Below the pieces are notes generated by a model. That model saw nothing but the letters and a program-made list of their open reading frames with translations, searched no databases and had not been told where the DNA came from. A program made the position numbers and the translations under genes. DNA of 64,000 nt from Eledone cirrhosa (Eukaryota), in assembly GCA_964016885.1 (NCBI GenBank), contig CAXHJY010000105.1, positions 186,001 to 250,000 of the forward strand. The letters are read 5' to 3'. This document shows positions 63,485 to 64,000 of the stretch, piece by piece. Numbering within the stretch: position 1 is the first letter of the stretch; each line of letters begins with the position of its first letter.

Positions 63485-64000
63485 GAGAGATAATGTGTGT
63501 TTGTAAGAGAGAGAGAGAGGCCATGTGTGTGAGAGATAATGTGTATATAAGAGAGAGAAGGGCAATGTGTGTGAGAGAGAATGTGTGTATGTAACAGAGA
63601 GAGCGGAAAAGTGTGTGAAAGAGAATGTGTGTATGTAAGAGAGAGAGGCAATGTGTGTGAGAGAGCATGTGTGTATGTAAGAGAGAGAGGCAATGAGTGT
63701 GAGAGAGAATGTGTGTATGTAAGAGAGAGGGGAAATGTGTGTGAGAGATAATGTGTGTATGCAAGAGAGAGGGGAAATGTGTGTGAGAGAGAATGTTTGT
63801 ATGTAAGAGAGAGAGTGGAAATGTGTGTGAGAGAGAATGTGTGTATGTAAGAGAGAGAGGGGAAATGTGTGTGAGAGAGAATCTGTGTATGTAAGAGAGG
63901 GAGGCAATGTGTGTGAGAGATAATGTGTGTATGTAAGAGAGAGAGGGGAAATATGTGTGAGAGAGAATGTGTGTATGTAAGAGAGAGAGGGGAAATATGT
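63483..64000. repeat. Continuation of satellite B, more diverged monomers, truncated by the right window edge
   Basis: Same monomer with a higher density of substitutions (TTTGTAAG, GGCCATG, TATATAAG, GTAACAG, GCGGAAAAG, ATGCAAG, GAGTGGAAAT). Confidence 0.95.

Larger units (their letters stand above)
63386..63494 (+). repeat. 12-bp target-site duplication GTGAGAGATAAT (63386-63397 and 63483-63494) flanking the insertion
   Basis: The direct repeat is exact on both sides. Removing the insert plus one copy restores an in-register monomer junction, GGCAATGTGTGTGAGAGATAATGTGTGT. Confidence 0.8.

Overview
This window is about 99.7% tandem repeat and looks like eukaryotic satellite DNA. I find no credible protein-coding gene, RNA gene or CRISPR array. 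It holds two adjacent minisatellite-unit arrays with the same strand polarity (TG-rich, C-poor + strand). Array A (1-46584, open at the left edge) has a 41/39-bp monomer, GGTGTGTGTCTGTG(TG)TGGTGTGTA(T/G)ATAGTTAGGTTCACT, in roughly 1,150 copies. Array B (46670-64000, open at the right edge) has a ~42-44-bp monomer, AATGTGTGTATGTAAGAGAGAGAGG(GGA/C)AATGTGTGTGAGAG(AG/AT), in roughly 400 copies. Both arrays are organised into kb-scale block duplications, with offsets of 1633, 3043, 4488, 2845, 2798, 2353 and 1493 bp in A and about 3172 bp in B. Only two non-repetitive islands of about 85 bp exist. One is a spacer between the arrays (46585-46669). The other is an insertion in array B (63398-63482) flanked by an exact 12-bp direct repeat, which reads as a 5'-truncated SINE with a target-site duplication. 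From memory, not from a search, it resembles the abundant octopus/cephalopod tRNA-derived SINEs. All ORFs in the supplied track, including the 4244-aa one, are artefacts of repeat composition. I do not see support for a new gene-based biological system; the points of interest are the retroposon insertion and the repeat architecture.
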